Positions 25,911 to 40,000 of a DNA stretch of 64,000 nt are shown here, piece by piece. Numbering within the stretch: the stretch's first letter is position 1; every line of letters starts with the position of its first letter. Source of the stretch: Lophium mytilinum. Lineage: Eukaryota. The notes under the pieces were generated by a model, which searched no databases, was not told where the DNA came from, and worked only from the letters and a program-made list of their open reading frames with translations. Made by a program: the position numbers and the translations under genes. The DNA lies in assembly GCA_010093605.1 (NCBI GenBank), contig MU004184.1:382801-446800 (forward strand). Direction: 5' to 3'.

Positions 25911-26980
25911 CCGGACGTCGGTTTCAACCCGTACACAGCGTGTTTTCGGACTTCCGCAATGGCGTCAATCTCCTTGTACAGCTTCTCTTTGTTTTCCGGG
26001 TTCATCTTCGCCGTGGCTAGTGATCCGCCATCCCATCCATGATGTGAAGCGCGTTCCATATCTTCTTTTTAAGTGCAGCCCTATCTACACTCTCGCTTTT
26101 GCCGAATTCGAAGTCCTTCGCGCATGACAAGGGGTGGCCCTCGAACATTGCAGTTGTGAAGCGTGTTCGCCATTCAGCGATCCTGATATGCCTACTCGCC
26201 GTTGCCGCAGGGCATCACCACTAGCATCGACGTATCCCTCCGGAACATCTGTCTCTACTCGTACACAGCGTTCTTTCGGACCTCGGCAATGGCGTTGACC
26301 TCCTTGTACAGCTTCTCCTTATTCTCCGGGTTCATCACCGCCGTAACTAGTAATCGTTAGTAAGGAGCCCATAAAGATGATAGTTTATAGGACCGTACCT
26401 TCGAAAACTCAGCGAACATTCTGTAGGCGATGTGGCAAAGCGAAAGCGCGTGGAACTGGCGTCGTCACCGGGTGAGGAAGTTCAGATGGTCAAGGTGAGA
26501 GCGAGAGGCGTCCGGAAGAAAGGTGAGACGAGCGGATTGGCTTGCACCAGTCCACCCGAACCTCCTGCTGCTGGGGCTTCTCTCGATCTGTCCTGCTGGG
26601 GCTTCTTCTCTTTCTGTAGCTTGGGCTCCTTCGTCCACCGTGTACCCAAGTCCAGCAACCAGCCGCAAATCTGTAACGAATGCCGCAGCCGGGGCGTTCA
26701 TTGGCTTGGTAAGCACGTCTGAACGGTCCTGAGCCGGCTGAGACTCAGGCTGCTGGTCCTGTGCCGGTTGGGACTTAGGTTGCTGGTCCTGTGCCGGTTG
26801 GGACTTAGGCTGCGGAGTGGCCTTCGAGGAACTCCGGCTCTCGGCAAGGGCAACAGCTTCGTCCAGAGCATGCCTCGGCGTGGCTGGCAAGAGGAACGCA
26901 AGGGCGAGACGCTGTGGTAGTAGAATTGGAGGCAGAGGTGCATTCGATCGAATTGTCGGACTGGTGGCTCCGTGATGCAC
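25911..26980 (-). pseudogene. Disrupted gene with a duplicated coding module and a QPKSQPAQDQ repeat
   Basis: ORF 26465-26980, a canonical intron 26347-26398 (GTACGG..TACTAAC..TAG), and two copies of MNPENKEKLYKE(I/V)(D/N)AIAEVRK at 25911-26025 and 26241-26355. Confidence 0.65.
26725..26813. repeat. 30-bp tandem repeat x3 encoding QP(K/E)SQPAQDQ
   Basis: ggtcctg(a/t)gccgg(c/t)tg(a/g)gact(c/t)agg(c/t)tgct units. Confidence 0.92.
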
Positions 26981-29900
26981 AACTCGAGGCTCCGGGGCGA
27001 CGCGGTACCACTCGTGCTGGTGAAAAAGGACATGAACGAGAGGCGAGCAACCGACAAGTGAAGGAGAGAGTACTGTTCAGGCGGTCGAGACTGTCGTGGT
27101 GGAAGCGTGAGGGTGATGAAGAGGAGTTCGCGGGGTGAGACCGCGAAGATTGGGAGTTTCTCTTTAGCCTTGGCAGCACCACTGACGTCTACGGGGAGGT
27201 ACGCAGCGGGACGACTCTCTGTACCTCATCATAGACCACCGTTGAGCTTCTTTCACTCGAGCTTCCTGCATACGTTCACTTACTTGAAGTGAGTTATCCT
27301 TTCCGCATTGTGGAAGTGAAGTGAGCGGCCAAACTATCTATATCAACACATGTTAGGACCGTATCTACCATCTTGTCAACCGATGATGCAAGAGACTCAG
27401 TTTCATACGCAGTGTAGAACTTCTCCCATTCATCCGGTACCCATAGCCCCGGACAGCAAATAGGTCTTGGAAGCGTCATACCTTGGATGTTATATCCCAG
27501 CGACTCCTCCTCGGGTTAAGATTACACCCACTCGCTTTTCACGCCTTTCTGGACCTGACAGTCAGCGGTAACAGATATCCATACCACTTCGAACCAACTT
27601 CAAATCACGACCGACCATCAAAGAAGAGGGGTCCTCCGAACCTACGCCCGCCGCTGTCGAAGGCCCCAGACCGAGTAATTCAACACCTTCTAACCGGGAA
27701 TCTCCGAATCGGGAAGGACCTGTAAGGGCTTCCATCTTCCCAAAACCCATATCCAGAGCGCACTCTCAATCCAGCCACAACTTCCGGATACCAAGCAGTG
27801 CACCCGGGCCGAGCGCGGCTACGCGGGAGGCAGGGCCAGGAGAGGATCGAGGCGATTCGAGAGAGCTCGAGAGGTTCGACGGCGACGATCGAGTCCACGC
27901 AACGGCCAGTCTGAGGCTCTGCTGCTGAAGCGCTCACCGGCCCCAGTCTGGCCTGTTCACGACAGCGGCAAGAAGTGCTTACTGCCGTCGCAGACAAGAT
28001 CAAGCGGCTAGACGGCCAACGCAAGCGCGACGAGGACAGAGAGCGAGCGGCAAGTATGCAGCGTTGAGTCAAGGTAAGTCAGCTTCAAATCACCCGGCAC
28101 AGTTAGGGCTAAACAGCATCTTGAGACAAGACCCGATACCCGGAATGTCGCCGTTGACATCTCGGTCGATGCACTGAACAAATCAATATCCTGGGCTAGG
28201 TACAGCCCTACTCAATCACAGAGGAATGCGGGCATCAGCCTCGAGGACTGGAAAAGATGATCTCACGACTCAGGCTCGGTGTCTATGGCGTTGGCAGACG
28301 AAGCAGATGGCTTTAAAGATGAGATGGAGCACACTCGACATCTCCTCCAGTTCGAAGGGTACCACTGCTGTTTGGCAGCTTCCACATATTCTTTGGACAC
28401 TACAGCAAAGTCGGCACGAACTTCATCTTGGCCAGCCCTGATCACATCACGTTTCTCTACGTTCACTCCTCCGACAAGACGCTGCCAAGGACGGAGCCTC
28501 AACCTATGAACATACCGTGTTGGAGGGCAGGAAACTCCTAGACTTTCGTGGCTGTTGGGCTAGGTGCGTTATATAAGCTCACGCTGAAGGGATCGCTGCT
28601 GTTCATCTGCCCGAAAGTATTGATGCAAAGATTGGCTGGAGAATTGTCTAGGGCCGGAAGCAGATACTATGCTATAGTTATTACTCTTGTTAAACATCCG
28701 CTTAAATGGCTCCATCAACGACGGTCGGAAGTATCATACAGTGAGAATGCCAGTGTGGTCTCCGAGTAGATTTCCTTCTTTTATCTCTGTATCTATCTCT
28801 GTGCTTCTGCGTCTTTCCTCAGAAGGCACAACGCATCACCATTAACGACGGGAATGAGGTTGCTGTTTTTTGCCCATTTCCCAGACCTTGATGGAGGAGC
28901 CATCTGGCATCTATCATTCATTAGGTACTCCAGGATGGAGTTTCCGGATACTCCTTTCGGTCAGACAAACTCCGGTTTGTACCAATAGCTTCTTTAGCCA
29001 AGCATCTCTCATGTACTCTAGTTCCACAGCAGCAAGTTCCGGGGAAACCTAGAGCAACGGCGCCCTCTTTACGACCCCAAGCGAGTCAACAATCACCATA
29101 TCGAAACTTTGGAGAGCAGCATTGCGTTTCAAACATCTTCACCCCAATGACTCGGCTCCTAGGGCAGACTTTTGGCCGTGCCATTTCTTTCGCCCCACGC
29201 GCCAACATCTTCCCTTTCTCCAACTAAATTTCTCGTCGACTAACGCCTCCCCATACTCCATCTATCGAGCATCGCCACAGCCCCCCTGCCCAATGATAGG
29301 GTATCTACCAGCTTCAATGTCTTTCGAGCATCGAGGTCGGGGTTTACCCAAACCAGACGATCCTTTCAACGATCTGACCATAGATATACGCCCCGTGACG
29401 ATTCTTGCACAGTCAGCACATCGAAACTGGCAAAGCCCAGCCAACTCGAGATCCGGTGATCGTCCGAGCGGATGGTACCCATGAAGATCGCAGTACCATT
29501 CAACCCGTAGCAGGAGCATGATTACTTGTGCGATGGACCAAGTTCAGACATGGTCAAAAACACTTCCCAGATAAAAAGCTAGCCGGGCTCGCCATTCCGC
29601 TCAGGTGCTGTGTCTCCCTTCCCCAGCAAGTCCTATGGTCATCGTTCCCTCGCCACCGGATGCCCCGGATCGTTGGATTGAAAGCTTTCTTGTCTCGCTG
29701 CCGAGACTTTCCCATCGCTAGGCCACGTGACAATGACGTCGGGGACCTAAATGATGGCGTTAATGGAAGATGGAAAAGGAGAGGCCATGTTCTCGTAAGA
29801 TGACGATGGTCGTCCGAATTTGAAGCCTATTCGGAGGTTGTGGACCTGAATCGTTGATTGTGTTCGATCCAAAGGGCAGAGCCCGTATCTACTGCAGGAG

Positions 29901-30639
29901 AGGCTGCACATGACCGGCAAGATCAGAAGTCACGTGCCCGAGAGCTTCAAATGACTTAGTCACCTCAAGCGGAGGAGGGATACGTGGACTAGGAGCACTG
30001 CGTGACACGGGTTGCGGGTGTCGTTAGGGATGGCGCTGAGACCTTGAGAGTTCTAGGACCGAATTGAAGCGTCAAAAGACGAGTACTCACCGCTTATGAT
30101 CAAAGGATGCGGACTGCAAATGCTGAGGTCGAAGGTCTCCAATCACAGACGGGCGTTCTTTACCTCCCTTGCGATACTCTAGGAGGAGACTGCGTTGGTA
30201 AAGTGCTAATTGTAAGATGTATGCTACAGCGGAGGAGGAGAGAAGGCAAATCTCCATTCGCCCGACTCCCTGAATGCTGCGGGGAACAGTAGCTTGAGCT
30301 CAATAGTGTCTACTATCTGAGTATGATGAGACTTTATGGCGGTCGATGCTCGGATGGACATTCGCGTTCGCAGTTCCACAGCTTGCAAGACATGGTCTCT
30401 GTTTAGAACAAGTGAATGTGGCGTTCGAGATGAATGTGATGAGGCTTATCTCAAGACACTATCAGCCACTTTCAAGTTCTGGAGATGTCAAGGTCTTCAA
30501 TATATGAATCTACGCCTATTGAGATCAATGACCTCCTAAACAGACGTCACATTTTGTTGCGAGAATGCGACGAAATAAGAAATAGGTAGACTAGGGGTAA
30601 CGACCAGCATTCCATCCTTACAATCGCGAGCAGATACGG

Positions 30640-30985
30640 AACCTACGACATTTCAAGGGGCACTAAAATCTAAACCAAAAGGAAAAGAAAGCGTGATCCA
30701 GTATGCTGTGCCCATAACACCCCAGTTGTCCAGGCTAGTGGACAGAATTATTTTTCAACTGGCCTGCTTGGAAACCATTAAGCAGCCTCATAAAGAACCA
30801 GAAGCAGACCATGTCACAAATGCTTGCTCGCATCACTGAGAAAAATTTAGACGCCGCCACGACTAGGAGCGCCAAACAGCTCCTAATGGTGAGTGCTGGA
30901 CCGTTGCTGGTCTTGGAAGGCACTCATAACGCCATCAAGCACAGGACTGTAGGTTCAAGCCAGGCGTACCCGGCTTGGAGTTTGG
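30640..30985 (+). repeat. Diverged duplicated segment, copy 2 (paralog of 11640-11975)
   Basis: Collinear nucleotide similarity. ORF 30811 (MLARITEKNLDAATT) matches MLARVAEKNPDAATT at about 11800. Confidence 0.85.
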
Positions 30986-33892
30986 CAGCATTCATGTTCC
31001 TCAATCCAGCCAAGGTTGTCACATCCCTTCGTAAGTCACCTGCTAGCGTCGGTTCGTGCACGTAAGCCGTAAGCCTGATACGACGTAGCACCGTATAAGG
31101 GGCCTAGATTTCTCGTTTATTAGCGTTTACCACTAAATCTAATAATAGCTACTTATAAAGTTATACTTAATATATTAAGAATCTTTAAAAAATTATATAT
31201 AGCTTATTTTTTATAGTATTAAGGCTAGAGTAGGCTTAAAATAGGTAGGCTACTATAGCCTTTCTATTTCTAACAGCCTTACTATCTAAACTTTATATAG
31301 CTAGCGCTTATAATAGGGCTCTATATACTTTCTATAGAGAGATAAAAGGTACGCCTTATATCTAAATATAGTTCTTAAGGTCTTTCTTTATAAGCTGGGT
31401 TTTATTATAGTCTTAATCTAGTAGTAATAGTAATAGAAAGGCTATAATTATTATAGATAATAAAACCTTTTAATTACGTGCCTGCGGCTATATAGATATA
31501 TAGTAGAAAGAACTATATACTATATAATAAGCTACCTAATAGCTACTTACCTATAGCCTATATAATTTAGGCGGAATTAACCTAGTTTATATAGCTTTAA
31601 GAATATTATTTAGAGGCCTATTATACGCCCGGTATTCTTCTATATCTTTTAATAGCTAATTTAAATAAGATTCTATACTAATTATATATAGAATCTTTTA
31701 TAGATTATTAGTATAGTATTTCTAAATATTTAGAATATAATTTTAGAGAGTATATATATATTAATAATAGCTATATTAAGTATCTAGAAGAATAGTAGTA
31801 TTTAGATATATATATATATAATCTAGGTATTATAATAGCTACGCAGCTAATTATAAATATTAATACTCTCTATCTAGTTATTATAGTTAATTAAAAGCTA
31901 AGAAAGATATAGAAATTTAATAGAATTATTACTCTATATTTTAGTAATAAGCTTCTTTAATTACGCTATATAACTATATAGGCGGCGGTAAAGAACCTTA
32001 TTATAGTCTAATAGCTAAGTACTATAAGTAGTAGTTAGAAATCTTATAAGATTTTTATCTTACTATATAATTAAGAGAATATTCTTTTCTAAGCCTAGAG
32101 CTCTTATAACTACTCTAGAGAATAGATTAAAAGAAAGCTATAACTTTACTTTATCTATAGCTTTATACATAGCTAGATAATATATAGAGTTAGACCTTAT
32201 AGTACTATAGATAGTAATTCTAATAGACCTTAGAGCACTAAAGAGATTAATATTAGTAAAGTAGTTATTATAGTAGAGGATATAGTACTATAAAAGAGTA
32301 GATAGTAATATATAAAGCTTAAATATAGCCTTACTAGTAGTATTAAAAGTATAGTTAAGAGCTTAAATATATTAAAAAAGGCTAAATACTCTATTAAATC
32401 TAGAGGTAAACTAGAAGGCATAGTAGTAGCTATATTAGTAGAAAGAAAAGATCTTATAGCCCTTAGAAATAGATTTTCTAGGTATCTTAATAGTATAAGA
32501 GCTTTAGCTAGTAAAGCGCACTATTATCTTATTAATTAAGACTATAGATCTAGGTATAATATAGTATTAAAAGTTATTTTAGAGTATTATTATAAAGAAT
32601 TAAAGCTTTTTAAATAGATATATATATCTTAGCTATTTCTTAGCTATACTAGCAGCGCTAGATATAGATTAATTCTATAAGTTTAATTAATTAGAATATA
32701 AGCTTAAATTAAGCTTAGCTAGTTAAAATAATAGAAAGCTCGCCTAAGCACTACTACCTAGTAAGGTAATATTATTAGCCTTATACCTTAAAAACTTACT
32801 AGATAAATATAGAAATATCTTTTAATCTACTTCTACCTATAATAGCTTATATACCTAGTAATTATATATAATAGTTATTTCTTACTTAAATTCTATATAT
32901 TCTCTATTTATAGCAGCCGGAAGACCCTAATATAGATAATAATTCTAACCTAAATTATTAACTTAGTAATACTAACCTTTTTCTAGAGCCTCTTCTTCTT
33001 TTCTATCTATTAGCCGGCTAAATTAATAGAACTATTATATAGCTATATTACTATATATATATTTATAGCCTTTATATAATACTTAAAAAGCTCTAGAAAG
33101 AAAAGTAGCTTAAAAATCTACTATAGTAAGTTCTATCTAGAACTAGAACCTCTAGAAAGATACTTATTAACTTTTTTATCTCTTTTTCTAGATATATAAG
33201 TATTATAAGTATTCTTATTCTCTTACTATTCTTCTAGGGCCTTAGGTAGCCTAAATTACTTTAAATAGTATAGTAAATAGGCCTTAGAGTATATAACTTT
33301 CTTAGTCTTAATAGTAGCTATAAGAAGGCTTATAGATATAGCGCTAGTAATAATTTTTAATAGAGTTTTATTAACTTAAGGTATAGAATTCTAGCTTATA
33401 GATATAGTAGGTAGATTCTTAATAAGTATAGACTTACGCGGCTTAGTAGTATTCTTCTTCTCTTTATTAGGCCTATATAGAAAGGTAAACTTATTAGTTT
33501 AATATATCTTAGCTATAAGCTTCTTCTTTTCTTTCTTCTCTTTCTTATTAGCTACTAAGGGCCTTAGCGGCTAGCCTCTAGTATAGAAATCCAGCGCGGA
33601 AATATAATTCTTAGAAATAATAGGTAGCTACTAGGTAATAGAAATAGGTATATATTATATAGCTAGAGTAGCTATATAGCTCTATAAGAAGCTACTAGAT
33701 ATAGTAGAGAAAGGGCCCTTTTTTAGTATATTTTTTAGTACTTTTAGTGCCTTTTTTAGGGCCTTTTTAGTTACTTTTTAAGCTTATAGTATAATAAGAG
33801 AGAGAATTATAGCTAATAAGTATAATAGATAAAGAACTAGTATATAAAACTAGCTATATAGAGTTTTCTAATAATATATAGCTATTTATAAG

Positions 33893-34094
33893 TATAATAG
33901 ATCTAGCTCTATATATATTATATGCCCTTAGCTATATTATATAAGCCTATGCGCTAGCATAGTTTTATACCTCTAGCCTATATTTAGCCTACGCTATATA
34001 GAACCTCTATCTCTATATAACTTTATCTTTATAAATATACTCTATTTCTTATTTAATACTATACTCTATGCCTTGCCTCTTATAGTCTATAATA
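33893..34094 (+). repeat. Gypsy 5' LTR
   Basis: Matches 41554-41755; the differences seen are C/T or G/A transitions. Confidence 0.95.
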
Positions 34095-37000
34095 CTATAA
34101 AGTTACTCTACCTAGCTACTATCTACCGGGTCCTTAAATTATAATCTACTGCTAGCGAACTATAATACCCTATAATTACCCCGCGCGGCTATTAATACTA
34201 TAGCTAATAACTCTAACTTTAACTCTCTTAGTATAACTAGTATATAGAAGCTTTAAGACCTCCTTTTATAGCGCACTATTCTTATACCCTTAGACTTCTA
34301 GGCCTTAACTTAGAACTTCTAGAATACTAACACTACTAAGAAATTCTAGATAATTACTAGAAATTTATAGCGCGCGCGTAGCTATAATAATAATACCTAA
34401 GATAATATTACTAAAGGCGACGCTATTCTTAAAGATAATAAGCTTTAGAAATACCCTAATTAACCTAACCCTAGTAGCTATATCTACTACCCTAAGATGC
34501 CCGGCGCCTTTAAGACTTTTATTCTTAAAGTAAATAAGCTTATTAATTATTCTACTATTAATAAGTAAAATACTAATAAAGCTTCTATTATATATAAAGT
34601 TCTAGACGCTAAAGCCTTTATAGACTTTATTACTAAAAATAAGGTAATAGCCTTTAAATTAACCCGTTTATATAAAGCTAAAATCTATTAACTATATAAC
34701 TATTTTAAGCGTAATAAGGCCTCTATAGAGGCTTAGGCTAAGCTTAATAAGTAAGCTTATAATATAATTAAGTAATAAGATAACCGCCTCCGGGCTATAA
34801 AAGATAATATTAAGTAGCTAGAAAAAACTATTACTAATATAAAATTTAAATACTAGTCTAACCTTTCCAACCTCTATAATAACTGTAATAATACTATCTA
34901 AGATAAAAATAACACTATCTACGCTAGAAATGCTAAAGATAAAATTATATATAAATACGTTACTAATATAGTAGCGTTTACCGCCTAGATAGATACTATT
35001 AATATAATAGTAGTAAAGTATATTACTAAGCTTAAGGCCTATAGAAAAGCTTTAGCTAAGTATATTACTAAGCTTAAAGCCTATATTAAGAATATTAAGA
35101 AAGCTCTTACTACTACTAAAGTCTATATTAACGGCCTAGAGAATACTACTATCTATAGCCCTACCGCCCGCACTAATAGCTCTCCCCCTAAGATTACTAT
35201 ATAGCTTACCGCTACTATAAGCTATTAATATAAGCTTATAGCCTATATTATAGCTAAAGGTAATACTAAGCTAGACTATTACCCGCCTATTCTACCTAGC
35301 TATAACTACTTACGCAGCCGCTAGCAACGTAAACCCTTACTACCCCACCGCCCTAATAAGCCCCTCTATAGTTAATAGAACTATATATACTCTACTAGGG
35401 GCGGTAGTAGACCCCCCTTTAATTCTAGTAATAGTAATAATAATAAGAACTTTCGTAACTATAATCTAATTTATATTTCTTAACTATATATACTACCTTA
35501 TATAAAACTAGATAGTACTCTATTACCTCTATATAATATTAACTATAGAAGCTGCGCTAATTAGAATAAAAATAAGACTATACTATACCCCCCTAAGTAT
35601 AATAGTAATAAAGCTAAGTATATTACCTAGTATTACTAGGTTCTTAGTAAGTTTATCTATAGTAGTTACCTATACTAATATAATAAAGGCTTCTGCCTCT
35701 ACTTTCTTAGTATATATCTTACTAGTATACCTCTTAGTAACTATATAGCGCGGATAATAGGCTATTAGCCTTTTTATACTCTTAATAAAGCTATTAAGCG
35801 CCTTAATATTAAGAATCTACTATATAACTCTAAAGCTACTACTTTCTAGTAACTTAACTAACTAATATAGAGTAATAATAACCTTAATATATTCTATATA
35901 AAGTACTAAGTACTTATAGTATAACTACTAAATTAAGAATACTATTAGAATATTACCGCGCTTAAGATAAAAATCCACCTAGGTATTACTAAGCCTGCGG
36001 GCGTTCTAGAAAAATATTATAAGAAGGGATATAAAGTTATTAATATATACCGCAACTAGCTTCTTAATTAGGCTATAGTAGACTATACCTAGCTACGCTA
36101 ATAATATAGTAACTAGCCTAAATAGTATAGCTAATAGCCTAATAACCTCTAGACTAGTAATAATAGCTACTATAGAGGCTACCGCGGTAATAAGCCCTAG
36201 AACCCTTCTAACTAGACCCTAATAGGTTAGTTCTAGGCCACTTAAAACTAGATTACTTAGAACTAAGGCTACTAAAATAACTATAGCTAAGAATAAACCT
36301 AGACTATAATAAATGCGCCTAGCTAGAATTACTAGATATCTATACTATAGATATATAAAGTTATAAACTTCCCTATTAATATTTCTACTAACTAGTAGCG
36401 CCTAGCCCTAGGCTATCTTATAGATAACTAAAAGCATTAACTTATAAGTAAGAATTACTACTTCTACTACTAACTTATTAGTTATATATCTACTAACTAG
36501 TAGTACTCTATAGAGCGCTCTATACTTACCCTATATAGTATTAGTATATATTCTAATAGTATTATAACTCTAGCCCTATTTATATATACTCTATTTATAT
36601 ACGCGCCCCTATTTATATATACTCTATCTATATATATAGCTTCTATAATATTTACTCTAGCTTCTACTAAAGTAGATATTAATACTTCTATTTTATCTAG
36701 AGGCGCGGGAGAACTATTTATAGAATACAGCTAATCTTAATACTAGAGCTACTTAGGAAATACTTAGTTCTAGATTATAGTCGCGATCTAGGGCGTATTA
36801 TTACTTAAGCAGTCTAATACTATAAAAATAAAGAATCTACATAGTTAAGAAGGTTAGTTATTTTAGCTACCTCTCTTAGTAATAATATTTAAGCGGGTTA
36901 AACTAATAAAAAGACTTTTTATAGCTTTCTAGTACTAGTAAAGATCTAGCGTTTCTATAAAGAATAACTACTAGATATAATTAAAGAATACCTTTATAGC

Positions 37001-40000
37001 GATACTAGAGTAACTAATAAATTTATAGATACTACTTATGCGTACTAAATAAACTTTTCTATCCGCCCCTTACCTAAATTATAAATACTTAAATTAGCTA
37101 ATAGCTCTACTATTACTAAAAAGATTACCTATAAAGCTTTTATTTCTATTACTATTTAGAACTACTAGAGCCGTAAATAGGCCTATATTACTAACCTTAG
37201 TAACTATAATATTATCTTAGGCCTCTATTAGTTCTAGTGCTATAACCTAGCTATTAATTAGGTTACTAGCAAGATTAACTTTATAAAAGAGAAATATAAT
37301 AGAATTTCCTATCTATATTACTATTACTATATAGATAATACTAATACCGCTATTATATATATAAAGGGCTTAGCTCTACCTAATTTTATATATAATTATA
37401 ATATAATACTAAAACCCTTTAATTTTATAGACTCTATATAATAAATAGGTATTATAGTCTACCTTACTATATGCCGCATGGCCGCTATTAAAGAAGACTA
37501 GCTTAATAACTTACCTTAATATATTATAGCCGACCTTACTAATACCTGCAAGGATTTTTTAATCTATTTAAATTATCTTTAGATTATAGCTATATAGATA
37601 AGTAATATACCCGTCTACCTCTATAAACTAGCTATGCGCGATATTAAAAAGTTTATAGAAGATAAGTAATACTATACTAAGAAGAAAATATTTACTTAAC
37701 TTCCTTCTAGTCTTTATAAATACATCTATATCTTTAACTAAGTTAATATAGATAGTTTACTACTATACTAACTAGAAATAGATTATAAGATTAACTAGGT
37801 TAACAGCGTTAACCTTACTAAGTTACCTAAAGCCCGCCTATACCCTATATTAGCTAATAAACTTTACATTATTAAGAAATAGCTAGATAATAATCTAGCT
37901 AAGGGCTATATTAGATAATTATAATTATAAGTCTCTTTACCTATTCTTCTTATCTATAAGCTAGGGGGCGGTATCTAGTTCTATATTAACTATAGAGCTA
38001 TTAACGCCCTTACTATTAAAATACGCTACCTAATTCCGCTTATCTAGAAAACCCTCTATTAACTAGGTAAAGCTAAATAGTTTACTAAGCTAGATATTAT
38101 TGCCGCCTTTAATAAAGTCTATATAGTCCTAGGCTATAAATATAAAATAGCTTTTATAATATATTATAGTAAATATAAATTACTTATTATACCTTTTAGC
38201 ATTATAGGGGGCCCTAGAACTTTCTAGTTCTTTATTAACTGCACGCTATATAATTTCCTTAATAAATTCTATATAGTATATCTAGATAATATTCTTATTT
38301 ATATAGAAGGTTTAAAGAAAGACTATAAGGCCTATATAGCTACTATTCTTAAATATTTAGAGGCTATAGGCCTATATATTAACTTATTTAAATACGCGTT
38401 TAACTAAAAAGAAGTTACCTACTTAGGCCTAATAATTTCTACTAACAGGATCTATATAGACCTAGAGAAAGTTATAGCTATTTTTAAATAGAATACTCTA
38501 ATCTATATTAAGAATATTTAAGCCTTTATTAGGCTATCTAATTTCTACTAGCGCTTTATCTATAGCTTTTTATATACTATTAAACCTCTTACTAATATAA
38601 TAAAGCTCTAAGAAGAATAGAAGAAACCCTATTTCTTATAGATAGAGGCCTATAAAAAAGGCTTCCGCGCGCTTAAAAAAGTATTTATAGAGGTACCCGT
38701 CCTTATATACTTCTAGTATAGTAAAAAGGTTTTTCTTAAAACTAACGCTTCTAATTATATAATAGCCGGCGTTATATTCTAAATTAGGCCTAATAGCCTT
38801 CTATACCTAGTTACCTTCTTTTCTTCTAAGATATTACTAGCTAAGTATAACTATAAGATCTATAATAAAGAACTTCTTACTATAGTTAAGGCCTTTAAAA
38901 AATAGAGACCCGAGCTTATAAGTGCTAATTCTAAAGACCTAACTAATATCCTTATAGATTACTATAATCTTAAGTAGTTTATAACTACTAAGAAGCTTAA
39001 TTAATAATAGGCCTATTAGGCTAAATTTCTTACTAGGTTTAACTTTAAGATTATATACCGCCCTAGCGTACTAGAAGGTAAACCTAATAGCCTTACGCGC
39101 CGTTTATAAGACCTATCTTATAGGCCTAATAATCTATAAAATTAATTTTAATATTAAACTATACTTAAATTCTATAATCTTAGACTAGAAGTTATACTAA
39201 ATAGTAAATTACTCTTACTTAATAACGCTAAGCTAAGTAAGCCCGGCGCCTATAGGCTATTTAACGCACTTTACCCGTATACTAAGCTACTTAAGCCTCT
39301 TCTAATAACCTTACTATAATTCTCTCTTAAAATATATTCTCTCTTTCTTTTATCTCTATAACTTACCCCTGCTATACTACGCAGCTATAACTAAAACCGT
39401 GCTAGTAATAACAGTAATAGTAATAGAAGCGCTAATAAGAACTTTATAGCGCTACCCGGTAATACTAATAAGATTTTTATAGCTCTATTAGCTAATAAGA
39501 ACTTTATAGCTGCTAATAAAGTTATTATAGTATAGCTAGATTAAGGTAATAGTAATATTAATAATAATATTAACTATAATAATAATAACTTATAGTACTT
39601 TATTAATAAGGCCTATATATGCCCCTCTTATTCTAAACCTCTATATAATTCTATACTATATAAACTAACTAACTTTATTTAAAGTAGCGCTTACTCTATT
39701 CTAAAAGCCCTCTGTAACTTTATTAGTAATCTTAATATTAATAGCTTTAAAGTATAGAATAACTAACTATACTATTATAATTATCTATATATACTAGCCT
39801 ATAACTAGCTCTATACTAAGCTACTTAGCCTCTCTTATAATACTTCTATTACTAGCTATTCTAGTAAATATAGCTTCTATAAGCTACTTTAGTACTACTA
39901 CTTCTAGCCTAACTTCTATAAAGATATTAAGCGTTATATAGGTGCCTACTATAGCTATTACTAAGTAAAGGCTTTCTAAGATAAATAGTAAGAACTACTC

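Noticed and set aside
31490..31560. Ulp1-like QxxGSxxCG motif after de-RIPping
   Set aside because: It lies in the piggyBac Cys-rich C-terminal region, and de-RIPping by eye is too ambiguous.
32230..32421. 63-aa hydrophobic ORF
   Set aside because: RIP artefact (L/I/Y-rich) inside the piggyBac relic.
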